From contig OZ024743.1 of the NCBI GenBank assembly GCA_964016885.1, forward strand, positions 79,918,001 through 79,982,000: a stretch of DNA of 64,000 nucleotides, read 5' to 3'. The translations under genes and the position numbers were made by a program. The first letter of the stretch is position 1, and each line of letters opens with the position of its first letter. Under the pieces are notes generated by a model. That model was not told the origin of the DNA. It was given only the letters and a program-made list of their open reading frames with translations, and did no database searches. Below are positions 44,413 to 58,505 of the stretch, one piece after another. Source of the DNA: Eledone cirrhosa. Lineage: Eukaryota.

Positions 44413-47400
44413 ATTTCTTTATTAGCCACAGGGGCACAAAAGAAGGGGACAAATACAAAGGGGGAAGTTTACATACAATAAAAACGTGTAAAATGTTATC
44501 ACAGTTGGAATTTAAAAGTTAGTCGATTTTCCCCAATAGAGGGAGACAGTTTATATGGGTAACACATACCCCCGAAAAAAATGTGCAACCCTCATCTCCA
44601 GGAGTACGAAGAGCTTGTACTCCTTTCCTCTCCTCCTCCTTTTCCTCAATCTACAGGCTGATATAGAGAGAAGGCCCATTCACTCGGGCCATTCTCGCCA
44701 CTTTCACCCACCTTTCATAAAACTTGCTGGGGTACAGCACCTCTCTCTCCATCCTGATTCTTCTTCCAAAGTGGTATTTGAAAAAAAGAATCAGTTGTTG
44801 GCCGGAGAGAAAGGTGTCTGACCTCAGCCCTTTCAACCTTGTCCACCATACAACCTCTTTCGCCATAGCTATCACACAAAGGAAAACCGCCTCTCCTTCG
44901 TTTTTGAAGGAGGGTGGCGGTTTGATCATGACAATGGACTCGGTGGTCAACTGGATTGGTCCCACCCGCGACAATAGTCGTTCTACATATCCCCACAGGT
45001 CAGTGACGCCCGGGCAGTGTATGAATGCGTGCGCGACGGTTTCTTCGTCTCGCACGCACCTCGGACAGATCTTTTTTGCAGGGTCCCTGCCCGGGCGCCC
45101 ATGTCTGTAGAGCTTGTCTCGAACTGGTAGAGCTCCTCGGTAGCACTGCCAGGCCAGGGACTTTTGGAAGTTGTCCATCGGTCCCGGGCGGAAGGTCCTA
45201 CCGAACAGACTGGCCAGTTCATCTTCCTCCACGCCCAGAGTTTCACCGAGCGCGTCGTCGCACTTGCTGCGGACCAACCCTCTATAGAATGACGAAGTGG
45301 AGTCTCCACTGATCGCCGGGTCCGCCTGCCAGAGGGCTGTGAGCGCCTGAGCACATTCGATGTGCCAGTTGCCCATTTTCCTCGGTCTCTGCTTGACCCA
45401 GGACTGCAGCTCGGTCAGTGAGACGAGTCGTGGGAAGGCTCGCCTCACGAACGGGGCCCACACCGGTTGTCCGGTGAGGAATACGTAGAGATGCCGCAGC
45501 CTGAGCGCGTGTTTGCGCATCGTCAACCACGGCATCCCCAGCCCTCCGTTAGAAGGGTGTTGGCAGCAGATGGATCTTCTTACCAAAGGAGCCCGCCTCT
45601 TCCAAAGGAATCGGAAGAGGGCGCGCTCCATTTTGGCGAGCGTTTTGGCTGGACAAGGCACGACGGTCAAGCGGTAGTAGATGGCGGACGCTATAAAAGT
45701 GTTCGCCACCTCCGCTCGACCTTTCAAGGATAGTTTGCACTCGGCCCACTTCTGGGTGAGTGCAAACACCTTGGCCGTCACTTCGTTCCAGTTCTTCTCC
45801 ACCTGGAGGTCCGGACCAAACCAGACCCCGAGCAGCTTTACCGGTCCTTCCGTCCAGCGTCCGACGACGCCATCGGAAGGCATCGGTCTGCCTCTCCACG
45901 ATCCGAGTTGCAAACCGATGGACTTGTCCCGGTTCAGCTTCGCTCCTGTGAGACTTTCGTATTCCTTTAGTAAGGTGCCGACCTTCTCGATTTGCGAGGC
46001 GCTCGACACCATTACTGTCACGTCGTCGGCGTAGGCCGACGCCGCTTTCCGCAGTCCCGGTTCCAGAGGGATGCCCTGCAATAGCTCCAGCTTCCGCAGT
46101 AGTGGCTCGAGAGTCAGTACGTACAGAAGGGAGGAGAGAGGGCATCCCTGTCGAATGGATCGCGTAATATGGAACGGCTCCGAGAGGTAACCGTTCACCT
46201 TGACCCTTGAGCAGATGTTGCTGTTGTGCATTGCAGCAATCCAGCCCCTGAACACGGGTCCGAAGCCTGCCGCCTCGAGCACCGCATCCAGGTAACGATG
46301 GTCAACCCTATCGAAAGCCTTAGACTGATCCAAGTTGATCAGGGCCCCACCGAAGCCGGGTTTACACCCTACCCTCTCTATGATGTATCGCATGAGGTGG
46401 AGGTTGTCGTGTATGGACCTGGTCGGGATCGCGCATGTCTGCGCTTCTCCCACCAGGTTCTCGACGACAAGCGCCAGCCTCTTTGCCAACACCTTGGCCA
46501 AAATCTGTAACTCTGTGTTTAGCAGAGTTATGGGCCGGAAGTTGCCTATGTCATCCCCCTTATTCTCGTCCTTCCTGATTAGTGTGACCACGCCCCCGGT
46601 TACAGAATTGGGAATTCTCCCGTTCTGTTGCCAGTTGCAGTAGACCGCTTCCAGGAGACCGGAGAATAAGTCCGGCATTGCTACGTAAAATTCGTAGGGT
46701 AGACCGTCGAGACCTGGAGATTTGCGTTTGCCGCATTGGCTCAGCGCGTCCCCTATCTCAGTGGCTGAAATCGGCTTTTCGCAGAACTTCGCCTCGCTGT
46801 CCGAGAGTCGCGGTAGGCCGTCGAGGTATGGACCGAAATCCATAGCCTCTCCCGGCGCGCCGCTCCCCCCGAACAGCCGAGCAAAGTGCCGCTGAAAAGC
46901 CGCACACATCTGCTTCGGCTCACGTAACACGCATCCGTTTTGGTCCTTCAAAGACCGAATCGTGGACTTGTTGCCACTTTTTGCCTCCGTCACTCGGGCC
47001 CAGCTAACAGCTTTGGCTCCCTCGTTTCCCAGAGCACGTATTTTGCTTCTGACAACGCAGCCCTCGTGCTTTGCGTCGAAGAACTGGTCCAAGGCCGTTC
47101 TCGTTGCTAGCACGCTGGCTACGTTGCCACTTCTAATAGCCTCTTCTACTTTATCTACCAGTTCCTTCTCGGTTCTATTTCTATCTAACGCTAATTCTTT
47201 ACTAAAAACTATCGAGTCTAATCTAACTGCCCTCTTGAGAGAGTACCACCATCTGTTGTTGACAATGGCCCCTGTCAAGTGCTGTTTAACTAAAGTGCTA
47301 ATCCGTCTACTGTAGGCTTTGCTTGTTGGTAACGACAAGTTCAGCTTCCAGTAGCCGGGTCCTTGTCTATGGGTTCTATCAAGGTTGGCCATGCAGGTCA

Positions 47401-48190
47401 CTAGTTTGTGATCTGAATAGGCAACCATGAACATTTGTGGACAGCTTAACATGTCCCTATCCTTATTTCTAACTAGAACCCTATCTAGGTACGATCTAGA
47501 TGTTCCGCTACGATTACTCCACGTCCACAGTGGCGCAGTCGGAAAATCTAGTCGATATCTATCGGCCAGGTCAAATCGATCGATTAACTGTTTGAGGCTG
47601 TTACACCCCCCTTTATCGGGACATGCTCCCACATAGTCCCAACGTGCATCTAGGATTCCATTCCAGTCCCCCACTAAAAGCAAGGAGCGGGACGTTCACA
47701 GAAAAGTCTCTAGACGTTTGAAGAAGTCTGGCCGCGGTGTCCCGGATGGGGCATATGCGGCCACCAGCCTGAACGCTCCACTTTCACTACCGTCAACGTC
47801 TAGGACCACCAGTCGACCCTCCGGGTCCAGATGTACCGTCCGTGTTACGAGGCCCAGGTGTTTCCGCAGCAAAACGGCAACTCCGCCCCCACCCCCCGGT
47901 TGACAGAGAGATGCGTAGATCTCAAAGTCATCGAAGATGGGGGCCAGCTGTCGCTCGCCGTGGATCCTGGACTCGCAAATGGCTACCACATCCAAACTGT
48001 GCGACCTGAGGTCGTTTAAGAGTTTGCCCTGTTTCCAGGGCATCCCCAGGCCGCGTACGTTCACACATCCAACTCTTATATTGGCCATGTTGGTGCTGAA
48101 AAGTTAAAAGAGGAAAAGAGATCACTCACCCTTCGCCTCCTGGGGACCAGGCCGCACGATTTCCATGGGGGTGTTGGAGGGGTTGTCTGG
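44413..48190 (-). mobile_element. Tx1 LINE copy F (5'-truncated at the end of ORF1)
   Basis: Full ORF2 and 3'UTR; GATA tracts at both junctions. Confidence 0.96.
44651..48088 (-). pseudogene. Tx1 ORF2 (EN-RT-zinc finger) with a single nonsense change
   Basis: Same 3438-nt span as the intact copy; in-frame TGA at 47696-47698 where other copies encode Gly (FLG). Confidence 0.9.
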
Positions 48191-48209
48191 ATGATAGATA
48201 GATAGATAA

Positions 48210-51200
48210 ATTTGTTTATTAGCCACATTTGTTTATTAGCCACAAATGAAGGGGACAAATACAAATGGGGAGTTTACATACAGGTATATGAAAATAAAAC
48301 TATTAATAAACTAACAAGTAACAATTGAAATCCCCAATAGGGGGGGGGCCTTACACAGGGGTTGTACACACCCCGACAAAATGTACATCCCTCATTTCCA
48401 GGAGCACCAAGAGTGAGTACTCCCTTCCTCTCATCCTCTTTTTCCTCAACCTACAGGCTTATATAGAGAGAAGGCCCAACCACTAGAGCCATCTTTGCCA
48501 CATTCACCCACCTTTTATAAAATTTGCTGGGCTACAGCACCTCTCTCTCCATCTTGGTTCTTCTTCAAAAATGATATTTGAAAAAACGAATCAGCTGCTC
48601 GCCGGAGAGAAAGGTGTCTGACCTCAGCCCTTTTAACCTCGTCCACCATATAACCTCTTTCACCATAACCATAACATATAGGAAAACCGCTTCTGCCTCG
48701 TTTTTGAAGGAAGGTGGCGGTTTGATCATGACAATTGAATCGGAGGTCAACTGGATTGGTCCCACCCGCGACAATAGTCGTTCTACATAGCCCCACAGGT
48801 CGGTAACCCCCGGGAAGTGTACAAATGGGTGCGCGACGGTTTCCTCGTCGCATATGCATCTCGGACAGATCTTTTTCGAAGGGTCCCTACCCGGGCGCCC
48901 GTGTCTGTAGAGCTTGTCTCGAACTGGTAGAGCTCCTCGGTAGCACTGCCAGGCCAGGGACTTTTGGAAGTTGTCCATTGGTCCCGGGCGGAAGTTCCTA
49001 CCGAACAGACTGGCCAGTTCGTCCTCCTCTATGACTAGAGTTTCTCCGAGTGCGTCGTCGCACTTACAGCGGACCAACTCTCTATAGAATGTCGAAGTGG
49101 AGTCTCCACTGATCGCCGGGTCCGTTTGCCAGAGGACTGTGAGCGCCTGAGCACATTCGATGTGCCAGTTGCCCATTTTTCGGTCTTTGCTTGACCCAGG
49201 ACTGCAGCTCGGTCAGCGAGACGAGTCGTGGGAAGGCTCGCCTCACGAACGGGGCCCACACCGGTTGTCCGGTGAGGAATACGTGGAGGTGCCGCGGCCT
49301 GAGATGGCAGCAGATGGATCTTCTCACCAAAGATGCCCGTTTCTTCTAAAGGAATTGGAAGAGCGCGCGCTCTATTTTGGTGAACGTTTTGGCTGGACAA
49401 AGCACGACGGTCAAGCGGTATTAGATGACGGACGCTATAAAAGTGTTCGCCACCTCCGCTCGACCTTTCAAGGATCGACTCGGCCCACTTCTGGGTGAGC
49501 GCAAACACCTTAACCGTCACCTCGTTTCAGTTCTTCTCCACCTGGAGGTCCGGACCAAACCAGACCCGAGCAGCTTTTCCGGTCCTTTCGTCCGAGAGGT
49601 AGCCGTTCACCTTGATCCTTGAGCAGATGTTGCTGTTGTGCATTGCAGCAATCCAGCCCCTGAACACGGGACCGAAGCCTGCCGCCTCGAGCACCGCATC
49701 CAGGTAACGATGGCCAACCCTATCGAAATCCTTAGACTGATCCAAGTTGATCAGGGCCCCACCGAAGCCGGGTTTACACCGTACCCTCTCTATGATGTAT
49801 CGCATGAGGTGGAGGTTGTCGTGTATGGACCTGGTCGGGATTGCGTATGTCTGCGCTTCTCCCACCAGGTTTTCGACGACAAGCGCCAGCCTCTTTGCCA
49901 ACACCTTGACCAAAATCTGTAACTCTGTGTTTAGCAGAGTTATGGGCCGGAAGTTGCCTCTCTCATCCTCTTTGTTCTCGTCCTTCCTGACTAACTTGAT
50001 TACGCCCGTGGTCACAGAACTGGGAATTATCCCGTCTGTTGCTAGTTGCAGTAGACCGCTTCACTTGACAATGGCCCCCGTTAAGTGCTGCTTAACTAAA
50101 GTGCTAATCCGTCTACTGTAGGCTTTGCATGTCGGTAACGACAAGTTCAGCTTCCAGTAGCCGGATCCCTATCTATGGGTTTTGTTAAGGTTGACTAAGC
50201 AGGTCACTAATTTGTGATCTGAATAGGCAACCATGAACATTTGTGGACAGTTTAAAATGTCCCTATCATTCTTTCTAACTATAACCCTATCTAGGTACGA
50301 TCTAGATGTTCCGCTGAGTTTAGTCCACGTCCACAGTGGCACAGTCGGAAAATCGGCCGATTAACTGTTTGAGGCTGTTACATCCCCCTCTATCGGGACA
50401 TTCTCCCACATAGTCCCAACGTGGATCTAGGTTTCCATTCCAGTCCCCCACTAACAGCAGGGAGCGGGACGTTCCCAGAAAAGTCTCTAGACGTTCGAAG
50501 AAGTCTGGCCACGGTGTCCCGGATGGGGCATATGCGGCCACCAGCCTGAAGGCTCCACCTTCACTACCGTCAACGTCTAGGACCACCAGTCGACCCTCCG
50601 AGTCCAGATGTACCGTCTGTGTTACGAGGTCCAGATGTTTCCGCAGCAAAACGGCAACCCCACCCCCCACCTCCCGGCTGACAGAGAGATGCGTAGATAT
50701 CAAAGTCGTCGAAGATGGGGGCCAGTTGTGGCTCGCTGTGGATCCTGGATTCGCAAATGGCTACTACATCCATACTCTGCGACTCGAGGTCGTTTAAGAG
50801 TTTGCCCTGTTTCCAGGGCATCCCCAGGCCGCGTACATTCACACATCCAACTCTTATAATGGCCATGTTGGTGCTGAAAAGAGGAAACGAAATCACTCAC
50901 TTCTTCGTCTCCTGGGGACTAGGCTGCACAATTTCCATGGGGGTGTTGGAGGGGTTGTTTGGTGTGGTGGTGGTCTCTGGCGGGGTGGGGACGGATATGT
51001 TTGGTGGGGAGGGGGTGTCAGGTGGGGGTGGGGGTGTATGGGGTGGGAGTGTCTGAGGTGGGGTGTGCAAACATTTCAAAAGGACGCGGTTATAGGGTTT
51101 GACGCAGGGGTTACCTACGTCGTTATGAAATTTTTCTTTTAACTGTTTATGTGTGTCCATAGAGATCCTAATCATTTTAAGATTAGGATTCTCCGAAGAA

Positions 51201-52596
51201 TGTGTAAAAGTTTTCCCTTCGGTTTTTATATATGGTGTCTGTTAAAGTTTTATTGTTATTATTTATGTAGGTGTAACATTTTTGTTGTGTTGTGTTGCTT
51301 TTTTTCTGTGGTTCTTGTGTGTGTTTACGTTTTGTAGTAAGTGTATTGTTTTCAGGAGGGGGTGTTTTTGTTTGTGCTGTTTGCGTCGCTTGTATTGGTG
51401 TTTGTGTCTGTTGCATTTTTTTTGTGTTCTGTCTTTTCTTTTTTATTTTTATTGGTCGGAAAGGCTCTTCCTCATCGTCACTGGGTGACGGTGATGAGGC
51501 CTCATCCGTGTTGTTGGGGAGGGGTACATTTTGGGGAGCTGTTATGTGTGTGGGTGTTTCTGGAGTTGTTTTAGGTGGGGAGGGGTTGGGTGGGACTGTG
51601 TTTGCAGTTTGGTTTGTTTTTGTGTGTTGTTGTTGTTGTTGTGGTGGTGGTGGTGGTGGTAGTGCTGTTGTGATGGGTGTCGGCAGTAGTGCCTTTTTTT
51701 AATGCAGTTAATTGAGGACAGGAAGCCCTCAGATGACCACTGCTTAAACAGTGGTAACATGAAGGCCGCCTACCCTCAACAGAAATGTTTATGTAGGAAT
51801 TTCCATCCAGAGTCACACGTTGCGGTATTCTAGCTATCCGTTCTGGTCTCATTTGGACCAGAACTTCTAAGCTTGTACAATTGAATATGCCCCTGGAGGA
51901 CTTTTCTACCGAAATTACTGTATCTTCATCAAAATTGATGAAACCAGCTAACATCCACCAGATGTTTACATTTGGTGTGATATTTGTTACTTTTATTTTT
52001 GGGGTTCTTTTTCCCATATATGTTGGGGAAAAGGTGTAGAGGGGGGACACAATTGGCGACACAGAATATTTCTGTGCTGTCAATTGGTCTTTCATTATTA
52101 TTGATAAGCTCCCGAAGAGTTTTCCTTTCTGTATGCAGGTAATGTCCTTCCTGGAGTTTCTTAGAACCAGCTCGATTTCGTTTTGAGTTAATTGAGCTGG
52201 TTTTCTGGTGGTATTTGAGATTGTCCTAAAAACTATGGTTTTCAGGACAGTGTTTCTACGCAATTCTTGGGGAGAAGTGAAGCTAAAAGCGCCCTTTTCC
52301 CCAAAAGTTATATATTGCTTGGCATCTCTTAGCAATTCTCCGGCACTAGAGATGTCAAACGTTTGTGCAAACGTTTGTGCAAACGAAACCTTTTCTTTTT
52401 CCTTGTTTGTGGAGTTGTTCTTGTTGGTGTTGTTATCATTATTGTTGCTGCTGTTGGTGTTGTTGTCATCATTGTTGCTGCTGTTGTTGTTGTTGTCGTT
52501 GTTGTTGCTGTTGTTGTTGCTGTTGTAGTTCTCAATTGCTTGATCTGTGGTTGCGGAATTCATTTGTGAAGTTGTGTTTTCGTTCATAGCATTGTT
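48210..52596 (-). mobile_element. Tx1 LINE copy G (ORF1 52587-50897 frameshifted; ORF2 with internal deletions)
   Basis: ORF1 VEGRRPSCYHCLSSGHLRASC; deletions near 49300, 49590, 50062 and 50350 relative to copy F; GATA at both ends. Confidence 0.93.
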
Positions 52597-52599
52597 GTT

Positions 52600-52641
<42 letters not shown>

Positions 52642-52642
<1 letters not shown>

Positions 52643-53826
52643 TGTTTTTATTTATTGCCACGAGGGCGCAAAAGAAGGGGACAAATACAAAGGGGGGAGT
52701 TTACACAAAAGAAAGAGTAAAAAAAACAATAACAAATATAAAATTACCAATAAAGTCCTCAATAGGGAGGAGGCGTTTTGGGGGTCGCCCCCCCCTGTGC
52801 AACCCTTCTCCTCAGGAGCACAGAGAGAGGGTGCTCCCTTGTTCTTCCATCGTTTTCACCTACAGGCTGATATAGAGAGAAGGCTCATTCACACGGGCCA
52901 TTCTCGCCACTTTCACCCACCTTTCATAAAACTAGCTGGAGTGGAGCACCTCTCTCTCCATTCTGATCCCTCTTCCGAAATGATATCGGAAGAAAAGGAC
53001 CAGTTGTTGACCAGAGAGAAAGGTGTCTGACCTCAATCCTTTCAAACGCTTCCACCATACAACCTCTTTTACCATGGCTATTACGCACAGAAACACCGCT
53101 TCTCCTTCATTTTTGAAGGTGGGGGGCGGCTTGATCGTTATAATGGACTCGGTGGTCAGCCGGATAGGCCCCACCCGTCACAGTAGTCGTTCGACATAGC
53201 CCCACAGATCGGCGACGCCCGGGTAGTGTACCAATGCATGCGCGACGGTTTCGTCGTCGCGCACGCATCTGGGACAGATCTTTTTCGAGGGTCTCTCCCC
53301 GAGCGCCCGTGTCTGTAGAGCTTTTCTCGAACGGGCAGAGCCCCTCGGTAGCACTGCCAGGCCAGGGACCTCTGGAAGTTGTCCATGGGTCTTGGGCTAA
53401 ATGTCCTACCGAACAGGCTGGCCAGTTCGTCTTCCTCCATGCCTAGGGCTTCTCCTAGGGCGTCGTCGCACCTGCTGCGTACCAGCTCTCTATAGAATGT
53501 CGAGGTTGAGTCTCCACTGATAGCCGGGTCCGCCTGCCAGAGAGCCGTGAGCGCCTGGGCACACTCGGTGTACCAGGCGCCCAGTTTTCTCGGTCTTTGC
53601 TTGACCCATGTTTGCAGCTCGGTGAGTGAGACGAGTCTCGGAAAGGTTCGTCTCACAAACGGGGCCCACACCGGTTGACCGGTGAGGAATATCTGGAGGT
53701 GCCGTAGCCTTAATGCGTGTTTACGCATCAGCAGCCACGGCATCCTCAGCCCTCCTTTCGAAGGGTGTTGACAGCAGATGGATCTCCTAACCAAAGGGTC
53801 CCGCTTCTTCCAAAGGAATTGGAAGA
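52642..53826 (-). mobile_element. Tx1 LINE copy H (3' 1.2 kb)
   Basis: ORF2 C-terminus + 3'UTR; GATA/GACA tracts on both sides. Confidence 0.93.
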
Positions 53827-54186
53827 GACAGATAGATAGACAGATAGATATATAGATAGGATAATTAAATATGTCATACACCAATCTTTTCCTGGAAACA
53901 TTTGAATTACTGAAGCAGGTTATAGGCTGAACAATGTCTCCATGTATAACAACATATACGCATATACACATATACATATATACATGCTTATATACATACA
54001 CATATACACGGTCATACATAAAAATATATACATTCATACTTACATACATATATACATATATACATATATACATACATAAATACTTATATACATATACACA
54101 TACATACATACGTACATACATAGGCACATACAAAAATAAATACATTCATACATACACACATACATACATAAATACATACATATAAC

Positions 54187-54217
<31 letters not shown>

Positions 54218-54728
54218 CATACACACATATAGTCTTCAAATGTATTATTATTATATAAATATATACACACATTACATACATATATATAGTTATGTTTGTG
54301 TGTGTATATATATGGGATGTGTGTTTGTGTGCATGCGTGTGTGTTTGTGTGTGTGTGTGCATGCGTGTGTGGTTGTGTGTGTGTGACTGCGTCTTTTTGT
54401 ATGTGTGTGTGTACATACACAGACTGAAAAGGGTTCCTCCCTTAGAAATGTCTATTTAATTAAATAATATAAGGACATATAGCTACAAAAACCTAATAAC
54501 GAAATGAACGAAGATGTGAATAGTTTTTTCAAATATATTTATTGATCTTATAACAAATATATTACCTGTTGATCAATATATGCTTTTATTGGTGGATTAA
54601 TAAACATTCATAATATATATTGTACAGTGTTTGTTAAGAGTGAAACTTTACAATCATGTGTATGTATGTATGTATGTATGTATGTATGTATGTATGTATG
54701 TATGTATGTATGTATGTATGTATGTATG

Positions 54729-56298
54729 TTCTTCTGGTTTTATAGTTTCACAAATTTTTATCAATAGAGAGAGAGTCGGTTTCTAACATAGACACAAGAC
54801 TCTCTCATTGGAATTTACACAACATCAACTAGGTAGATATGTATGTTTGCATGTGTAGATATGGATGTATGTGCGGATGTGTATGTTTTGAGTTATATGC
54901 GTTCATGTGTATATGCTTTGTATCTGTACATGTGAATATGCAGTTATTAGATGCAAAATGTTTGGAATGTTTTACATATTTTTACTGTTCCATTAATGGA
55001 TTGTACTTGTAATTTCCAAACTAGTTGTGTTCTTTCTGTTTCTGTGAAGCCCAGCTTCTCAAGATTTGTATTGAAGCATTTACTAACATACCTCAGTGCC
55101 CCAATAATCACAATCTGAAGGTGTAATCCGGGTGGAGTATCTGCAGATTTCTCATCAGTTCTGCATAAATATTCTCCTTTTCGCTAATCTTTGATATTAT
55201 ATTGTTATCTGCTGGGCAGCTAACTTTCACTACTGTGCATGTTTTCTTTTCCCTGTCCCATATCATAATATCTGGTCTGTTATGCCTGCATTTTATTGGG
55301 TTTTTTTTACTGGAACATTCCACCAGTCCTCTTTCATATTATGTATATGGATGTCTTCCACACTGCTGTAGCTTTTAATGTGCTTATTATCGGGGCTATC
55401 CTTTCTACGGATTGCATTGTACAGTGTTTTGGCCACTACATCATGCCTCATAGGTAGATAGTACCGCGGTACATATCTTTGGACAGCTGCTTATGACATG
55501 GGTGACATCTTCGTTGTTAATTATGCTGAGTCTGCACTTGTTATCACATCTAGGTGTTTTGCCTGCATCCCTATCTCTTTTGTGAATCAGGTATTTCGTA
55601 TTGATTTCCTGTTCTTGGATTACAAAAGCGTATCCTTCAAAGTGGGAGCCAATATAGCGGTTGTTAGTCCAAGATAGACTACTTTCCTTATCTATATTAC
55701 TCCCACTCTGGAGGTTTCTGGAAAAATATTCATGCATAATTTTTTGCTGATAAACATGCAGTTTTTCATCCATGGATTCACTGCGATACTGCTGAGTGAC
55801 TTCCCTGGGTGTGAGTTTTTGATTATCACACAGGGAATACCTCTGGAGGAGTTCCTTTCCAACTCTCATGATCTTTTCTGTTTCATGCAGATAGACTTGC
55901 TCGAGAGGGGGGCTCCTACGCTTCGAGGTTCGCAGATGTCGGATGGATATGGTGCGATATTCAAATGCTGTCTGGACTGATGTTAGGCCTCTGCCTCCCT
56001 GCTTACGTTTCAAGTAAAGGCGGTCTATGCCACTGTTGAAGTGGAAGTTTCCGGTTTGTTTAGTATTTTTCGAGTTCTAACATCAATTGCTCGGATTTCG
56101 TCTATCGTCCAATTGAGTATTCCAAACGTTGGTGTTAGGACAGGCACATCAACCACATTGTGAGCCACTGTTTTGTTGTATTCCCTGGTTACGCGTTCCT
56201 TAATCCAGATACCATTATAGGATATGTTTTCATCTATCCCCAGGTATTTGTAGCAGTCCTCATCAGATATCGGTGAAACAGTTAGGCTATTGATGACA
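54729..56298 (-). mobile_element. 5'-truncated, decayed RLE-type (R4-like) LINE family 3 in (TACA)n
   Basis: YKYLGI, KRKQGGRGL, IQEQEI, CDNKCRL...HVISSC, HNRPDIMIWD...VSCP; (TATG)n tracts at both ends; short relic at 57059-57120. Confidence 0.85.
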
Positions 56299-56417
56299 GT
56301 ATGTATGTATGTATGTATGTATGTATGTATGTATGTATGTATGTATGTATGTATGTATGTATGTATGTATGTATGTATGTATGTATGTTGGTATCTATGT
56401 ATGTGTGTATATATGTA

Positions 56418-56880
56418 TGTCGGGTCACTCTTGAGTGCTACTGGTAACATGTAACCCAATACAACCTCTCGCATGGTCGGGTCGTCGGCGACTAAACCGG
56501 CAACCCCACCAAATTTACTTGATGAGGAGGGTGATTTTGGACACCCTGCAAGACAAAAAACAAAACTTGTCAAAGGGCGGAAGAACTCATATGAGTCAAC
56601 GACCATCCAAATATGTGTAAATGTGTATATACAGATGTACCGCGCGGTTAAACCAGTGGGAGTGAAGGACCCCTAGCCTTTGTCAGGGCATTCTTCTAGG
56701 AGAAGGCAACTCAGGAAACTGGGATAACTCCGATATAAAACCTGCGGCTCAGTAGGTACCGATGATGTTGATCTTTTCTTCTTTTCGGGTATAGCTACTG
56801 TCGCTCAGAGAGTGGGATTGGCTCAGTGCACAGTCTTTCCTCACTTTAAAAAATATCTTCACGCACTGACATTGCATGAT
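56418..56880 (+). mobile_element. Probable LINE (RTE-like) 5'UTR-derived non-coding element
   Basis: GC-richer island with GGCAACCCCAC and CTAGGAGAAGGCAACTC motifs reminiscent of RTE 5' regions; several hairpins; no convincing ORF. Confidence 0.35.
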
Positions 56881-57310
56881 GGAATTAATTAATAATTATT
56901 AATAATAGTATATCGTGCAATGGCCATGCTCGATAACGAGGAGGCAACCATCATGTATGTATGTATGCGTGTATGTTGGTATGTATGTATGTGTGTATGT
57001 TGGTATGTATGTATGTATGTGTGTATGTTGGTATGTATGTATGTGTGTATGTTGGTAATTTCTACGGATTGTATTGCACACTACATCATACCTCATAGGT
57101 AGATAGTACCGTGATGACATCTATTCATTGGAATCTTTAAGCATATTCTACAGTGGTTATGGCTCATGTCCCTCTGACATGAAAGCCTTAATTTAATTTT
57201 GTATATATATATAATGTATGTATGCATGTATGTGATGATGGTGTAAGTGCAATATAACATACTGTTATCATAAAAAATGGTAGTATTTTACAATAGCGTA
57301 CCTTTATAAC

Positions 57311-57462
57311 TGGTAGACGGTGTATGAGTACAATAAAGTACCTTCATTTCTGAAGTCATTGGTGTATAATAGCGTGCCATCATTCAGAAATAATTGTACG
57401 CTATTATACACCAATGACTTGAGAAATAAAGGTACTTTATTGTACTCATACACCGTCTTCCA
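57311..57462. repeat. Imperfect palindrome (~64-bp arms), MITE/fold-back-like
   Basis: AGACGGTGTATGAGTACAATAAAGTACC ... GGTACTTTATTGTACTCATACACCGTCT. Confidence 0.75.
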
Positions 57463-57651
57463 GGAGCGGTGAATTGGCAGTATCGGTAGAGGCTCGGATG
57501 CCATGCTTTGCAGCAAAGAGTTACGTCCCTTTATGGTCTGAGTTCAAATCCCGCCAAAGTTAACTTTCTCTTTCATAGGGTCGATAAAATAAAGTACCAG
57601 TAATGAACTCGAATAATTGCTGGCCTTGTGCCAAAAGTAGAAACAATTATT
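57463..57651 (+). mobile_element. tRNA-derived SINE
   Basis: Homologous to 29752-29950. Confidence 0.88.
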
Positions 57652-57666
57652 TCTGAATGATGATAG

Positions 57667-58505
57667 TCGTTGGGGTGTCACACTAGATGTGCCACTGGTA
57701 CAACCACTCGTTGGGGTGTCACACTTGATGTACCACTTGTACAGCCACTCGTTGGGGTGTCACACTAGATGTGCCACTGGTACAGCCACTCGTTGGGGTG
57801 TCACACTAGATGTGCCACTGGTACAGCCACTCGTTGGGGTGTCACACTAGATGTGCCACTGGTACAGCCACTCGTTGGGGTGTCACACTAGATCTGCCAC
57901 TGGTACAACCACTCGTTGGGGTGTCACACTTGATGTGCCACTTGTACAGCCACTCGTTGGGGTGTCACACTAGATGTGCCACTGGTACAGCCAGTCGTTG
58001 GGGTGTCACACTAGATGTGCCACTGGTACAGCCAGTCGTTGGGGTGTCACACTAAATGTGTCACTGGTACAGCCACTCATTGGGGTGTCACACTAAATGT
58101 GCCACTGGTACAGCCACTCGTTGGAGTCTCACACTAAATGTGCCACTGGTACAGACACTCGTTGGGGTGTCACACTAAATGTGCCACTGGTACAGACACT
58201 CGTTGGGGTGTCACACTAGATGTACTACTTGTACAGCCACTCGTTGGGGTGTCACACTAGATGTGCCACTGGTACAGCCACTCGTTGGGGTGTCACACTA
58301 AATGTGCCACTGGTACAGCCACTCGTTGGTGTGTCACACTAAATGTGCCGCTGGTACAGCTAGTCGTTGGGGTGTCACTCTAGGTGTGCCATAGGTACAG
58401 CCAGTCGTTGGGGTGTCACACTAGATGTGCCACTGGTACAGCTAGTCGTTGGGGTGTCACTCTAGGTGTGCCATAGGTACAGCCAGTCGTTGGGTGTCAC
58501 TCTAG
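57667..58505. repeat. 41-bp minisatellite, about 20 copies
   Basis: Unit CACTCGTTGGGGTGTCACACTAGATGTGCCACTGGTACAGC; period 41 (57668 to 57709). Confidence 0.95.

Noticed and set aside
46226-47315. Recurrent antisense ORFs in Tx1 copies
   Set aside because: They recur only because the sense ORF2 is conserved; no independent coding evidence.
53156-54145. 329-aa novel fusion ORF
   Set aside because: Chance read-through from low-complexity flank into truncated Tx1 ORF2.
57667-58505. CRISPR-like array
   Set aside because: Contiguous 41-bp units with no unique spacers, no cas genes, eukaryotic context.
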